Both the position numbers and the translations under genes were made by a program. This document shows, in pieces, positions 1 to 12,900 of a stretch of 64,000 nt of DNA. Location: the NCBI RefSeq assembly GCF_002113885.1, contig NW_018408623.1, forward strand, positions 369,333 through 433,332, read 5' to 3'. The notes beneath the pieces were generated by a model. That model made no database searches. It worked only from the letters and a program-made list of their open reading frames with translations, and was not told the origin of the DNA. Numbering within the stretch: position 1 is the first letter of the stretch; every line of letters begins with the position of its first letter. This DNA is from Mizuhopecten yessoensis. Its lineage: Eukaryota.

Positions 1-647
1 GATCCTGTATAGTAGTGTATTGAAGAGGAACGGAAGGAGGCGTTGTGATTGAATCATTTGCACAATTAAATATATTTAGCGTGCTGTGAAATGTGAAACT
101 TATCAATTAACCAAATAAAATTTCCCTGTATTTCTGAAATACCACAAAAACTGATAAAAGGCATTAAGGACGATTAAACCGACAAAAATCATGTCTAGTG
201 TGTAAAATAAATAACTCTATCATAGACTCAAGCAAGGTTGATAACTGCATGAATAACAAGTATAATGTGTAAGGGAGATAACCCTAACATATCACTGGTA
301 AGGTAGATAACTCTTTTATAAATCACAAGAATGGTACAAAATATAGCATACAACCTTAAATTGAAATGAGTATACTCAAATTACGGACTATTGATCAGTT
401 TGAGCAAACATTGATAAGCTTCAATATGACCCGACATTGAATGAAATGGCTCAAAACTTTGTCTAACTTTGTATAGACTCTATCTCATGATCGCAAACTC
501 GAAATCATAATATTCAACATCGACTAAAGTGTATAATTTGTGTATAGTCGCAAGCTCAAACTGATAATAACATCGTCTTATTTGGGGATAAACTTTGAAT
601 TTTCTCTGTGTCATAGCTATAACATTCAACGCGTCTAGCTCGTTTCA

Positions 648-2390
648 AGCTCAAAAACAATAGTGTACAGTGTCTAACTTTGTATAATTTGTACCTCGTC
701 CCCAGCTGGAAATAACAATAACGTACATTGTCTTACTTTGTATAACTTGTATCTCGTCCCCAGCTGGAAATAACAATAACGTACATTGTCTTTCTTTGTA
801 TATCTTGTACCTCGTCCCAGCTGGAAATAACAATAACGTACATTGTCTTACTTTGTATAACGTCTATCTGGCGCCCAACTCAAAACAACAATAACGTACA
901 TTGTCTTACTGTGTATAACGACTATCTGGCCCCCAACTCAAAATAACAATAACGTACATTGTCTTACTTTGTATAACGTCTATCTGGCCCCCAACTCAAA
1001 ACAACAATAACGTACATTGTCTTACTGTGTATAACGTCTATCTGGCCCCCAACTCAAAATAACAATAATGTACATTGTCTGACTTTGTATAACTTATATC
1101 TCGCCCCCAACTCAAAATAACAATAATGTACATTGTCTGACTTTGTATAACTTATATCTCGCCCCCAACTCAAAATAACAATAATGTACATTGTCTGACT
1201 TTGTATAACTTATATCTCGCCCCCAACTCAAAATAACAATAATGTACATTGTCTTATTTGTATAACTTGTTTCTCGTCCCCAGCTGGAAATAACAATAAC
1301 GTACATTGTCTTATTTGTATAACTTGTATCTCGTCCCCAGCTGTAAATAACAATAACGTACAATAGTAACATTGTCTTACTTTGTATAACTTGTATCTCG
1401 TCTCCATCTGGAAATAACAATAACGTACATTGTCTTACTGTGTGTAACGTCTATCTGGCCCCCAACTCAAAATAACAATAACGTACATTGTCTTACTGTG
1501 TATAACGTCTATCTGGCCACCAACTCAAAATAACAATAACGTACATTGTCTGACTTTGTATAACTTATATCTCGCCCCCAACTCAAAATAACAATAATGT
1601 ACATTGTCTGACTTTGTATAACTTATATCTCGCCCCCAACTCAAAATAACAATAATGTTCATTGTCTGACTTTGTATAACTTGTATCTCGTCCCGAGCTC
1701 AACAACAATAACGTACATTGCCTGACTTTGTATATCCTGTCTCCTGCATACACACACGCAAGCACTCATACACTACACACATGGAGGCACGTCCATAAAT
1801 GACCGTAGCTGTAAATAGGAGTTAAACAAAATGAAACCAAACCAAACCAAACCATAGCTCAAAATAACAATATTGTACATTGTCCGACTTTGTATAACTT
1901 ATATTTCCTCCCCAACTAAAAAAACAATATTGTACATTGTCTGACTTTGTATAATTTATATTTCGTCCCCAACTAAAAATAACAATATTGTACATTGTCT
2001 GACTTTGTATAACTTATATTTCGTCCCTAACTAAAAATAACAATATTGTACATTGTCTGACTTTGCATAACTTGTATTTCGTCCCCAACTCAAAATAACA
2101 ATAATATACATTGTCTGACTTTATATAACTTATATTTTGTCCCCAGCTCAAAATCACAATAATATACATTGTCTAACTTTGTATAACTTGTATCTCGTTT
2201 CTAGCTGAAAATAACAAAAATCTACATGGTCAAACTTTGTGCATCTTGTAATTCGTCCCCAGCTCAAAATAACAGCGATCTACATTGTCTTAATGTTTAA
2301 AATTTGTATCTGTCTCAAGATGAAAATATCAATAATTAACATTTTCTAATTAACTTTTTATAACTTGTAGACAAACTTATGCTCAAAATA
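648..2390. repeat. 58-59 bp minisatellite (~30 copies, degenerate edges)
   Basis: Unit ~ctcaaaataacaataatgtacattgtctgactttgtataacttatatctcgcccccaa; period measured 1111->1169. The minus-strand ORFs at 651-1765 are by-products of it. Confidence 0.95.
1733..1853 (+). mobile_element. 5'-truncated SINE/LINE 3' tail inserted in the minisatellite
   Basis: ...cacgtccataaatgaccgtagctgtaaataggagttaaacaaaatg(aaacc)n; the same tail recurs at ~20455-20576 and 34265-34327. Confidence 0.75.
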
Positions 2391-3638
2391 CCGATATTCA
2401 ACTTATATCTTTAGAAGTTTGTATAACCTCTATTCCTTATCAAGCTAACAATACCTGTCTACGAGGGCCACCGATGTACATGTTATAAGACAGATATAGG
2501 GTCCTTTTCTACTGGCCGACATGCCTCATTCGTGTAGAGGAGATAGATGCATCACTTGTCTGTATAAGAATTGTTCGTCATAATGATCGAACCTGGGGAT
2601 TCATTGGGGGTAACTCATTGTTAGATAATGTTATTAATTCTGACTGTTTATCGCAAGAATGTTTGGTTTTCTCTCCACAACCCATGTATATTTAATTGGT
2701 ATCATCGAAGGAATTTTAGAAAGATGAATGAAAACTCATTATAACAATATCTGTTTGCATTCGAGGAAAAAATTTATTATAACAATTCAAGATATTTATT
2801 CAGAGAAAAAAATCTATACAGTTTTGTTTCATTTTTGACAACAAATATACATGTTAGGCTTACCTTTTTACTGAAAAATAAACATTTTATCAAATAAACT
2901 TATATTTCTTGCATCCATATCTGAGTAGAATTGATACATTTAGTTAAAGTAGGTAAAACTGGTTTTATATACAGTTTTAGGCGTTTGATCGTTTTTATTA
3001 ATGGTGCTATACTTTTCTATATAAAATTACAGTTATTACTACAATGTGTATGTCTACTGAACAGTTATCTCGGCCGTGTCTTACATTTCGATCTAATACA
3101 TGTCACATTATTGTAGCAGATATTAATTGAATAATAACGGTATTTGTATTAAATAATAAGATTTAATGGTTGAAGACAACATTTAATCTTACATATCAAT
3201 TAATTCTAAACGTCAAATGCCAAGATAGAAATCTTAGGGCGAAAAGTAGGCGTGTCTCGTCAGACTCGACCCTTGGGGCCCCTCACATCCCCCGGCAAGG
3301 GTCAACAGACGATAAGACAAAGTGGATTTAGTAAATCGGTTGTATTTTTATATTTCATTCTTGTGTTACATGTCTCTTGTCGACAGTTCAGCTAACATGT
3401 GTAGTGTATGACAGTGCTGTACAACTCTATCAATATGGATTTTATTGATACATAGATAGACATAGTTCTTACTTCAAAGACGAGACAGTTTTTATGACTA
3501 TTTGTGTCAATGAAAAGTGTTATGGAATACAAATTAGTTTTGAAAAAAAGAAATATTATATTGTTTTAACTTCTACAAATAACGAAGAAATCCATTTTTT
3601 CTAGGAATCCAGGATAGTTTTTATTAAGTCGAACCAAC

Positions 3639-3945
3639 ATGGATCCAAATGTTCGAGCTACTTTGTTGGAGATGAATCGCAAACGAGGAAAATTCCGGAC
3701 GGAGGCTTTGAAGCGATCACATGAAAAAGTGAAAAAAGAACTGACCGGAAAGTTGAAGTTGAAAAAAGTTTGGAAAACAATTAACTCAGTAGTGCCGAAC
3801 CCGAGTTGTTCTATGCAATGTACCAGCTCATTTTTACACGAACTGTTCCCATTCTGGGGCATTATGAGGAAATACAGTATACGGAGGTTTTTATTGTCTG
3901 ACTTTCTGGCCGGTCTGACCGTGGCCATCGTCCATATACCACAGG
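3639..3945 (+). CDS. SLC26: SLC26 coding exon 1 (MDPNV...HIPQG)
   Basis: ATG 3639; donor G|gtacgt, phase 1. Possible upstream acceptor ttttctag at 3604 would imply a 5' UTR exon. Confidence 0.9.
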
Positions 3946-6900
3946 GTACGTATTGTACATATATTATTTACATTGGGTACGTTTCGTTCAGAGATCATAT
4001 ACCGCAGTATATGTATTGTATTTGGTTATGCAAATTGCTATGTACAAATCTATTATACATGTTAACTATTGTATAGGGTCTATTTTACACAGGGTACGTA
4101 GTATACATAGCTCAGATATCACAGGGTACGCATTACATATAAACAGGGTACATTTAACACACGATACGTACTGTACAGGACATATTGAACGCAGATAACT
4201 AATTGCACAGTGTACACTCAATACAAGCTACACATAAGGGTACTTTTTGTACTGGGTACATTATTGCAAGGTACGTATTGTGCGGGGTACAGGGTGCATT
4301 TATTGCAATATACGTATTGTGTGGGTACATTTGTCACAAAGTATATTACAGGTTCCAATCAAGACGGGTACATATCATACAAGGTATATTATACACAGTC
4401 TATTTTTACGTCAATAATTTTGTAACGATTATGCTATATTTGTTATAAAGATATTCAGTGATATATCGAAACATAAAATATGATCAGATCCGCCTCCCCG
4501 TATATGTAAAACAGATCTTTACTTATTTTTTAGGAATGGCATACGGACTGCTTGCAGAGTTACCTCCCGTTTATGGACTTTACAGCTCTTTCCTTCCAGT
4601 CCTGACATATTTCTTCTTCGGCTCTTCTAAACATATATCTATGGGTAAGTTTACACATCAAAACATATATCTATGGGTAAGTTTACACATCAAAACATAT
4701 ATCTATGGGTAAGTTTACTCATCAAAACATATATCTATGGGTAAGTTTACACATTTAAACATATAATTTAAACATATATTTATGGGTAAGTTTACACATC
4801 TAAACATATATCTATGTGTAAGTTTACACATCTTAACATATATCTATGGGTAAGTTTACACATCAAAACATATATCTATGGGTAAGTTTACACATCTAAA
4901 CATATATATGTGGGAAAGTTTTGACATCTAAACATATATCTATGTGTAAGTGTTGACCTCTGAACACATTCCTATGGGTAAGTGTTGACCTCTGAACACG
5001 TTCCTATGGGTTAGTGTTGACCTCTGAACACATTCCTATGGGTTAGTGTTGATCTCTGAACACAATCCTATGGTTTAGTGTAGACCTCTGACCATAATCC
5101 TATGGGTTAGTGTTGACCTCTGACCACAATCCTATGGGTTAGTGTTGACCTCTGACCACATTCCTATGGGTTAGTGTTGACCTCTGAACACATTCCTATG
5201 GGTTATTGTTGACTTTGACCACATTCCTAAGGGTAAGTGTTGACCTCTGACCACATTCCTATGGGTAAGTGTTGACCTCTGAACACATGTGTTGACCTCT
5301 GACCACATTCCTAAGGGTAAGTGTTGACCTCTGAACACATTCCTAAGGGTAAGTGTTGACCTCTGACCACATTCCTATGGGTAAGTGTTGACCTCTGAAC
5401 ACATTTGTTGACCTCTGAACACATTCCTGTGGGTTAGTGTTGACCTCTGATCACATTCCTATGGGTTAGTGTTGACCTCTGAACACATTCCTATGGGTAA
5501 GTGTTGACCTCTGAACACATTCCTATGGGTAAGTGTTGACCCTGAACACGTTCCAATGGGTTCGTGTTGACCTCTGACCACATTCCTATGGGTTAGTGTT
5601 GACCTATGACCACAATCATATGGGTAAGTGTTGACCTCTGAACACATTCCTATGGGTAAGTGTTGACCCTGAACACATTCCTATGGATAAGTGTTGACTT
5701 CTGACCACATTCCTATGGGTAAGTGTTGACCTCTGACCACATTCCTATGGGTAAGTGTTGACCTCTGAACACATTCCTTTGGGTTAGTGTTTACCTCTGA
5801 ACACATTCCTATGGGTAAGTGTTGACCTCTAATCACACGTAACACGTGTCAAAGTGTTAGTATTGACATCTTATCACATCCTCATGTGCAAGTGTTGTCT
5901 TGTAAACCTGTTCCTGAGTATAAGTTTGACTTGTAAACCTATTCCTGTGTGTAAGTGTTGACTTGTAGACCTGTTCCTGTGTGTAAGTGTTAACTTCTGA
6001 CCACATTCCTATGGGTAAGGGTTGACCCTGAACACATTCCTATGGGTAAGAGTTGACCTCTGAACACATTCCTAAGGGTAAGTGTTGACCCTGAACACAT
6101 TCCTATGGGTAAGGGTTGACCCTGAACACATTCCTATGGGTAAGAGTTGACCTCTGAACACATTTGTTGACCTCTGACCACATTCCTATGGGTAAGGGTT
6201 GACCCTGAACACATTCCTAAGGGTAAGTGTTGACCCTGAACACATTCCTATGGATAAGTGTTGACTTCTAAACCTGTTCCTGTTTGTAAGTGTTGACTGG
6301 TAAACCTGTTCCTGAGTAAAAGTTTGACTTGTAAACCTGTTCCTGTTTGTAAGTGTTGACTGGCAAACCTGTTCCTGTGTTTAAGTTTTGACTTGTAAAC
6401 CTTTTCCTGTGTGTAAGTGTTGACTGGTAAACCTATTACTGTGTGTAAGTGTTGACTTGTAAACCTGTTCCTGTGTGTAAGTGTTAACTGCTAAACCTGT
6501 TCCTTTGTGTAAGTGTTGACTTGTAAACCTGTTCCTGTGTGTAAGTGTTGACTTGTTAACCTGTTCCTGTGTGTAAGTGTTGACTTGTAAACCTGTTTCT
6601 GTGTGTAAGTGTTGACTTGTTAACCTGTTCCTGTGTGTAAGTGTTGACTGCCAAACCTGTTCCTGTGTGTAAGTGTTGACTTGTTAACCTGTTCCTGTGT
6701 ATAAGTGTTGACTGCTAAACACGTTTCAATGGTTACGTGTGTACACCTTAACACTTATTCACGTGCAAGTGTTGCCCTGTAAGTTTGTGTCTATGTTTTA
6801 TTATAGAAATCTAAGCACGTGTCAAAGGGGAAATGTGTACATCTAAGCACATGTTATGTGCTGAATGGTAGTTGGGTTGAGTATACATCTGAACTAGTGT

Positions 6901-9900
6901 TGGCATCTACAGACGTGTTAGTATTTATAAGTGTTATATACATGTGGATCACATGCAGAGCAAGGCCCATAACTCTTAACACCCAAAGTCTAAACACTTT
7001 ACGAGTTGATAGAATGACTGCATAGCTATACTAGTTATGTCGACGATTACTCCCATCGAACATTCACACGTGATGACACCACTCACCTTGTAATCAATAT
7101 ACGTCCCGTCACTGTTGTACTACTGTTTAATGCCCTAGGTCCACATCTAGTCAAGCTGATGATCCGGAACCATGCTCCCGTGTCTGCTTTGTCAATTAGT
7201 TTACTGTGAGAGCGTGTACCTCTGTAATTTAGTATTATGTTACAATTTTTATTTTTATCTACGTTTTTTATCAAGTAAGATTAGTTATGTATGACAAAAT
7301 TGATTGGTTCCGGTTTTTTGCAAACTGTGCTACGGTCTGTTCAAAATTTTTTTTTTCGCAATTACTCAATTGCTAGAATTCCTCATTTATGCCGTTGATA
7401 AAACCATGACAAAACAAAACATATTTTTTTTCTTTGAATAATTAAGAAGTATGTCGTTTCTAGGAACATTTGCGGTGACAAGTTTGATGATCGGTTCAGT
7501 GGTCCAGGAGGGTATCGAGCGGTACGAAGCTATGCATGCCGGTGCTGTCGCGGCTAACTCCTCGGCGGGCGAAGTGTGGGACGTCATTAACGTTACACAA
7601 ACGACGATCTACAGTACGAACGCCTCCGGGGATAGCGTCAGGATACCTCAGGATTCTGGCGGGAATGCGGAAGCAGGCGCCTTCTCCGAACTAGACCAAA
7701 TGAAAATAGCATATGCAATGTCGGCTACCTTTGTCGTTGGCGTTTTTCAGGTGCGTTTGAAGTGTGCCAACATTGAAGTTGATAGGTTGAAAAAAAGAAA
7801 GAAAAAGGAAGATATTGATATGATACTATTGATAATTTCAATAAATATGTACATGTTACTTTTCACGTTCTTTGCCGTCCTCCTACCTCTGACTTTGAAT
7901 GTTTCTTCTTAGTGATAACGTCTTTGGAGAAAACATTGACACAGGACAAGGTTTCCTTCGCTTTCACTTATTACGGTAGATTTTGTGGGTTCAAAGACGT
8001 GTCCCGACCTTAGTTTCATTATTCTTCAGTATATGTATTCAGGAAAAAACCGGTCAGATTATAAATGAATCATTTTCGAGATTGAATTCTCGTTACAGAT
8101 GCATGTGACCTCCAATATTCGTATTGTTTATTAACCTGTTTGTCCAAAGTAGTACACAACACCAGCATGGCAGGTTTAGTGATGTTATTCTCTACCAGAA
8201 GTTTAGGTGACACGTTAAAACATTATACACTAATCAGTCAAGGGCTTGAACTTGAGGTCGTGTTCTAGTTTCGAACATTTGTCATGCCCCATTCGTTTTT
8301 AGAGTCTTGGAACCGTCACGTTAACTTGTAGATGTTCTGTCTCTCTCACACACAGCTGCTGATGGGCGTGTTCCGTCTGGGATTTCTAGCCTCGTTCCTG
8401 TCCGACCCGCTGATAAGTGGATTCACCACGGGTGCTGCAGTGCATGTATTTTCCAGTCAGGTGCATCACCTCTTCGGGGTCTATGTTCATCCCTACCACG
8501 GTCCATTGCGTCTCATATACGTTAGTATATTCTTAATATTCTCTTTTGTACCTGATATTTAACGCGGTCTTGCGCGTTATGTGACGTGCGTGTCACAAGT
8601 GAAAGTTTGAGCTTGAATTTTATTATAAAAGTAATTGTTCAAAGGCAGTATGAATTTGTTCGAAACTTCAAACAGTTTGAACATGGCATTCAGTGCCCAA
8701 GACTTTATTTAAAATGTATTAAATATTGAGAATTTGAGTGGCTTGTAATTTGTAAACGCCCCTGCACGTCTCGTCATCACTGATGCCACTTATCGATTCA
8801 CGCCACGAGTAACAGCATGACGTCACGACTATTGTTTTCTTTCTCGGAGAAAAGCGTCCCAAATCGATGACAAAATGTGAATAAATGATGATTATAACAG
8901 CGGTAGATTGTTCATTAATTTGAAATTAGAAAATTTAGTGAAGTTAATTTCCATCGTGTCACGTGACTTTGCCAGAGCGATCGCCAATCACGTGTACTCT
9001 GCTTACCGAAGTAAAACTGTTCAAGAGAGAGACTCTTCAGCAAATTAATCGTTCACATTTTTTTTGATGAATTGATGAAATATGATCACTTTCACGAGTA
9101 GTTTACTATTAATGTGCAGAAGAGCATTTGTTACGCATATGTGATGTAATTGTTTTTCGTCATTGAAGTTAAAGTTTGTTATTATTACTACGTCAATGGT
9201 TTCAACCAAAATAACGCGGAGAAAAACAGCCTCGCGAAAAACTGTAACATAAACAGAGCAAAACGTCAGTGATATGGTGACCCAGGCCGTATGCATAAAT
9301 CCGCTCTCGTGCTCAAACTCAAATTTTATGTTCAGGTCCAATTTTAAATTTAAGTAACAAAATACATTTTCATATTCTTCAATATTTTGTGGATACCTAA
9401 CATACATTTGAAGCTGAAATATTTCATTTTCAATCTGTGTACGAATGCTTGTCATCTAGATTTATTTTCAACTACAATTGAGCGGAAGCTGGCAAACCTA
9501 ATGTATTTCTGACTGTGTTCTCTCCTTATTTTGTGCGTAATGAGAATAGTACATACACAAAATAATACCAGGTGCTTCCTTTTCTCAATATGAATTATTT
9601 TGTGCAGTTTTACAGAGATTTTTTCAACAATATCCACACCATAAACCCGGTAACAGCCACAGCCTCTGTGACCTGTATCTTCATCCTCATACTCATTAAG
9701 GAGGGGGTGAACTACAACCCGTCCTGTCAACGCGACCTACCAGCACCCATACCCATAGAGCTTATTGTGGTAAGTCATATTCGTACTTTAATATTTTGGA
9801 AAAGAGTTTAGTTGAACAGTTGTAAGATTCAACATAAACCGGTGCTTGCAATGACACTTGTTCACAAACACAGCCCGACCTACCAGCTTGTTGTAGTCGG

Positions 9901-12900
9901 TAACATTTGTCCTTCCTGTTCAACTACAGCGCCGTCGAACAGTCCCTACACAATGTCATATAGAACTCACTGTTGTAAATAATCATCACTCTCCGAAAGT
10001 AATCTGATTTATTAAACACATGGTCTTCATTTTGGTATTTTATCTTGCCGTTTATATCCGATCTACCAGCATATGTAACCATAGAACTCTTTTGGCCACA
10101 TTATGTTCATCGTGCACAACCTTGTCTCCTTGTAGTGTAAAAACTACCTCAGAGTTGTACATCAGGTAGAGCGTCAATGAGAGCGCAAAAAGGCGCTAAA
10201 ATAAGCGCACCACTGAAAAAAGTATGTTTCCTGTAACCCACTTGCCTCGCGAACTCGACCATAGTTGTGAAATGAGGTGCAAGTTGTGCAAATCTGCAGA
10301 TATTTGAATAAGTAATCCCCCAAAAAGTTAATCAAAGGAATGGTGAATAGGTGATAATAGTCCCAGTACCTAGCAGCAACCGATGCTGTGGTGACATTCG
10401 TTCCATCCCTGTACCTAAGTTTAAGAAACTCGCGAGGCTTCAATTTCGACATCGCATCACGGAAAGATGTGTATAGATCTACGATCAGTATTGCAAGAGC
10501 TTACATTGATCATGTTTCAAATACGAAACCCATTACAAATTACACTTCCGGTATCAACATAACGCCTAATAATGAATTGCCTAATAAGCTACTGTCAAGA
10601 TAAAAACTATCAAGTTATCAACATCGGATGCGTTTTTTATAGCAATGTACTATTTATATTTCCTGGTATGAATTTAATATCGGCTGGTTTCTTTCTTTCA
10701 AAGGTCATTGCCGCTACTGTGATATCGTACTATACGAAAATAAACGAGGAGTTCCAAGTAGACGTGGTCGGCATGATTCCAAGAGGGTAAGTCACGTACA
10801 GCTGTATGGCGGAAAGACATCGTGTTGGCATGCTCTATCAGTTTCTATACCTCGAGGTGCAGGCAAAAGTGTGCGTAAAAGAGAACAAAAATGCGTCAAT
10901 GTATCAGTGTCATAACTTATATGTGATTGTGATGTATTATGTAGATTAGCATATGGTATGCTACATTGTCATACGTTATGTAACATTTTTAAATATTTAA
11001 TCTTTCGACACATTGTCTTACTTCAATTTTTCGTTAAACATCTATTAACGTTGCTATATACAATATAACTTTTTCATTCATTATCTTAAAATACCACACA
11101 GGAAGAAACATCATATACAATTAAATGTCGTACGTAATTTGACTTTGTAATAGTTACATAATCTGATAATATAGTATCTTATTTATCAATGTGCTACATA
11201 AATTCACATTTGACATTGTCGGAAATTGCGTATTAATGTCGTCTTTGCTAAGTTGACATGGATAAGCATTGTAAGTGATTGAATTTGCCTTCAAAATCAT
11301 TTAACTATAGCCTCGATCAGAACTGTTGTTTACGGTAATCTATATAAGATATCTATTCTACTCTAACTCAGCCTGCCCCCGGCCAGCATCCACAATCTGC
11401 GGTTCGTGGGGGAGACATTCGCAGACGGTCTTATAATGGGCTTCGTGGCCTTCACCATCTCCTATGCCATGGCCAAAATACTGGCTGAGAAACACGACTA
11501 TCCCGTAAACACAAACCAGGTACGCCACTGTTTGTTACTGCGTGTGATTGTGTTTGACTAAGTGTCGAGTTATGTTTGTTACTGTGTGTGATTGTGTTTG
11601 ACTAAGTGTCGAGTTATGTTTGTTACTGTGTGTGATTGTGTTTGACTAAGTGTCGAGTTATGTTTGTTACTGCGTGTGAATGTGTTTGACTAAGTGTCGA
11701 GTTATGTTTGTTACTGCGTGTGAATGTGTTTGACTAACTGTCGAGTTATGTTTGTTACTGCGTGTGATTGTGTTTGACTAACTGTCGAGTTATGTTTGTT
11801 ACTGCGTGTGATTGTGTTTGACTAACTGTCGAGTTATGTTTGTTACTGCGTGTGATTGTGTTTGACTAACTGTCGAGTTATGTTTGTTACTGCGTGTGAT
11901 TGTGTTTGACTAACTGTCGAGTTATGTTTGTTACTGCGTGTGATTGTGTTTGACTAACTGTCGAGTTATGTTTGTTACTGCGTGTGATTGTGTTTGACTA
12001 ACTGTCGAGTTATGTTTGTTACTGCGTGTGATTGTGTTTGACTAACTGTCGAGTTATGTTTGTTACTGCGTGTGATTGTGTTTGACTAACTGTCGAGTTA
12101 TGTTTGTTACTGCGTGTGATTGTGTTTGACTAACTGTCGAGTTATGTTTGTTACTGCGTGTGATTGTGTTTGACTAACTGTCGAGTTATGTTTGTTACTG
12201 CGTGTGATTGTGTTTGACTAACTGTCGAGTTATGTTTGTTACTGCGTGTGATTGTGTTTGACTAACTGTCGAGTTATGTTTGTTACTGCGTGTGATTGTG
12301 TTTGACTAACTGTCGAGTTATGTTTGTTACTGCGTGTGATTGTGTTTGACTAACTGTCGAGTTATGTTTGTTACTGCGTGTGATTGTGTTTGACTAACTG
12401 TCGAGTTATGTTTGTTACTGCGTGTGATTGTGTTTGACTAACTGTCGAGTTATGTTTGTTACTGCGTGTGATTGTGTTTGACTAACTGTCGAGTTATGTT
12501 TGTTACTGCGTGTGATTGTGTTTGACTAACTGTCGAGTTATGTTTGTTACTGCGTGTGATTGTGTTTGACTAACTGTCGAGTTATGTTTGTTACTGCGTG
12601 TGATTGTGTTTGACTAACTGTCGAGTTATGTTTGTTACTGCGTGTGATTGTGTTTGACTAACTGTCGAGTTATGTTTGTTACTGCGTGTGATTGTGTTTG
12701 ACTAACTGTCGAGTTATGTTTGTTACTGCGTGTGATTGTGTTTGACTAACTGTCGAGTTATGTTTGTTACTGCGTGTGATTGTGTTTGACTAACTGTCGA
12801 GTTATGTTTGTTACTGCGTGTGATTGTGTTTGACTAACTGTCGAGTTATGTTTGTTACTGCGTGTGATTGTGTTTGACTAACTGTCGAGTTATGTTTGTT

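Noticed and set aside
3566-3928. 120-aa antisense ORF over SLC26 exon 1, and other short listed ORFs
   Set aside because: Shadow ORFs of real exons or random AT-rich frames, with no recognisable motifs or splice support.
8551-9577. Possible non-autonomous DNA transposon in intron 4 (hairpin tattttgtg/cacaaaata near 9527-9565)
   Set aside because: Termini and target-site duplication could not be defined from the sequence alone.
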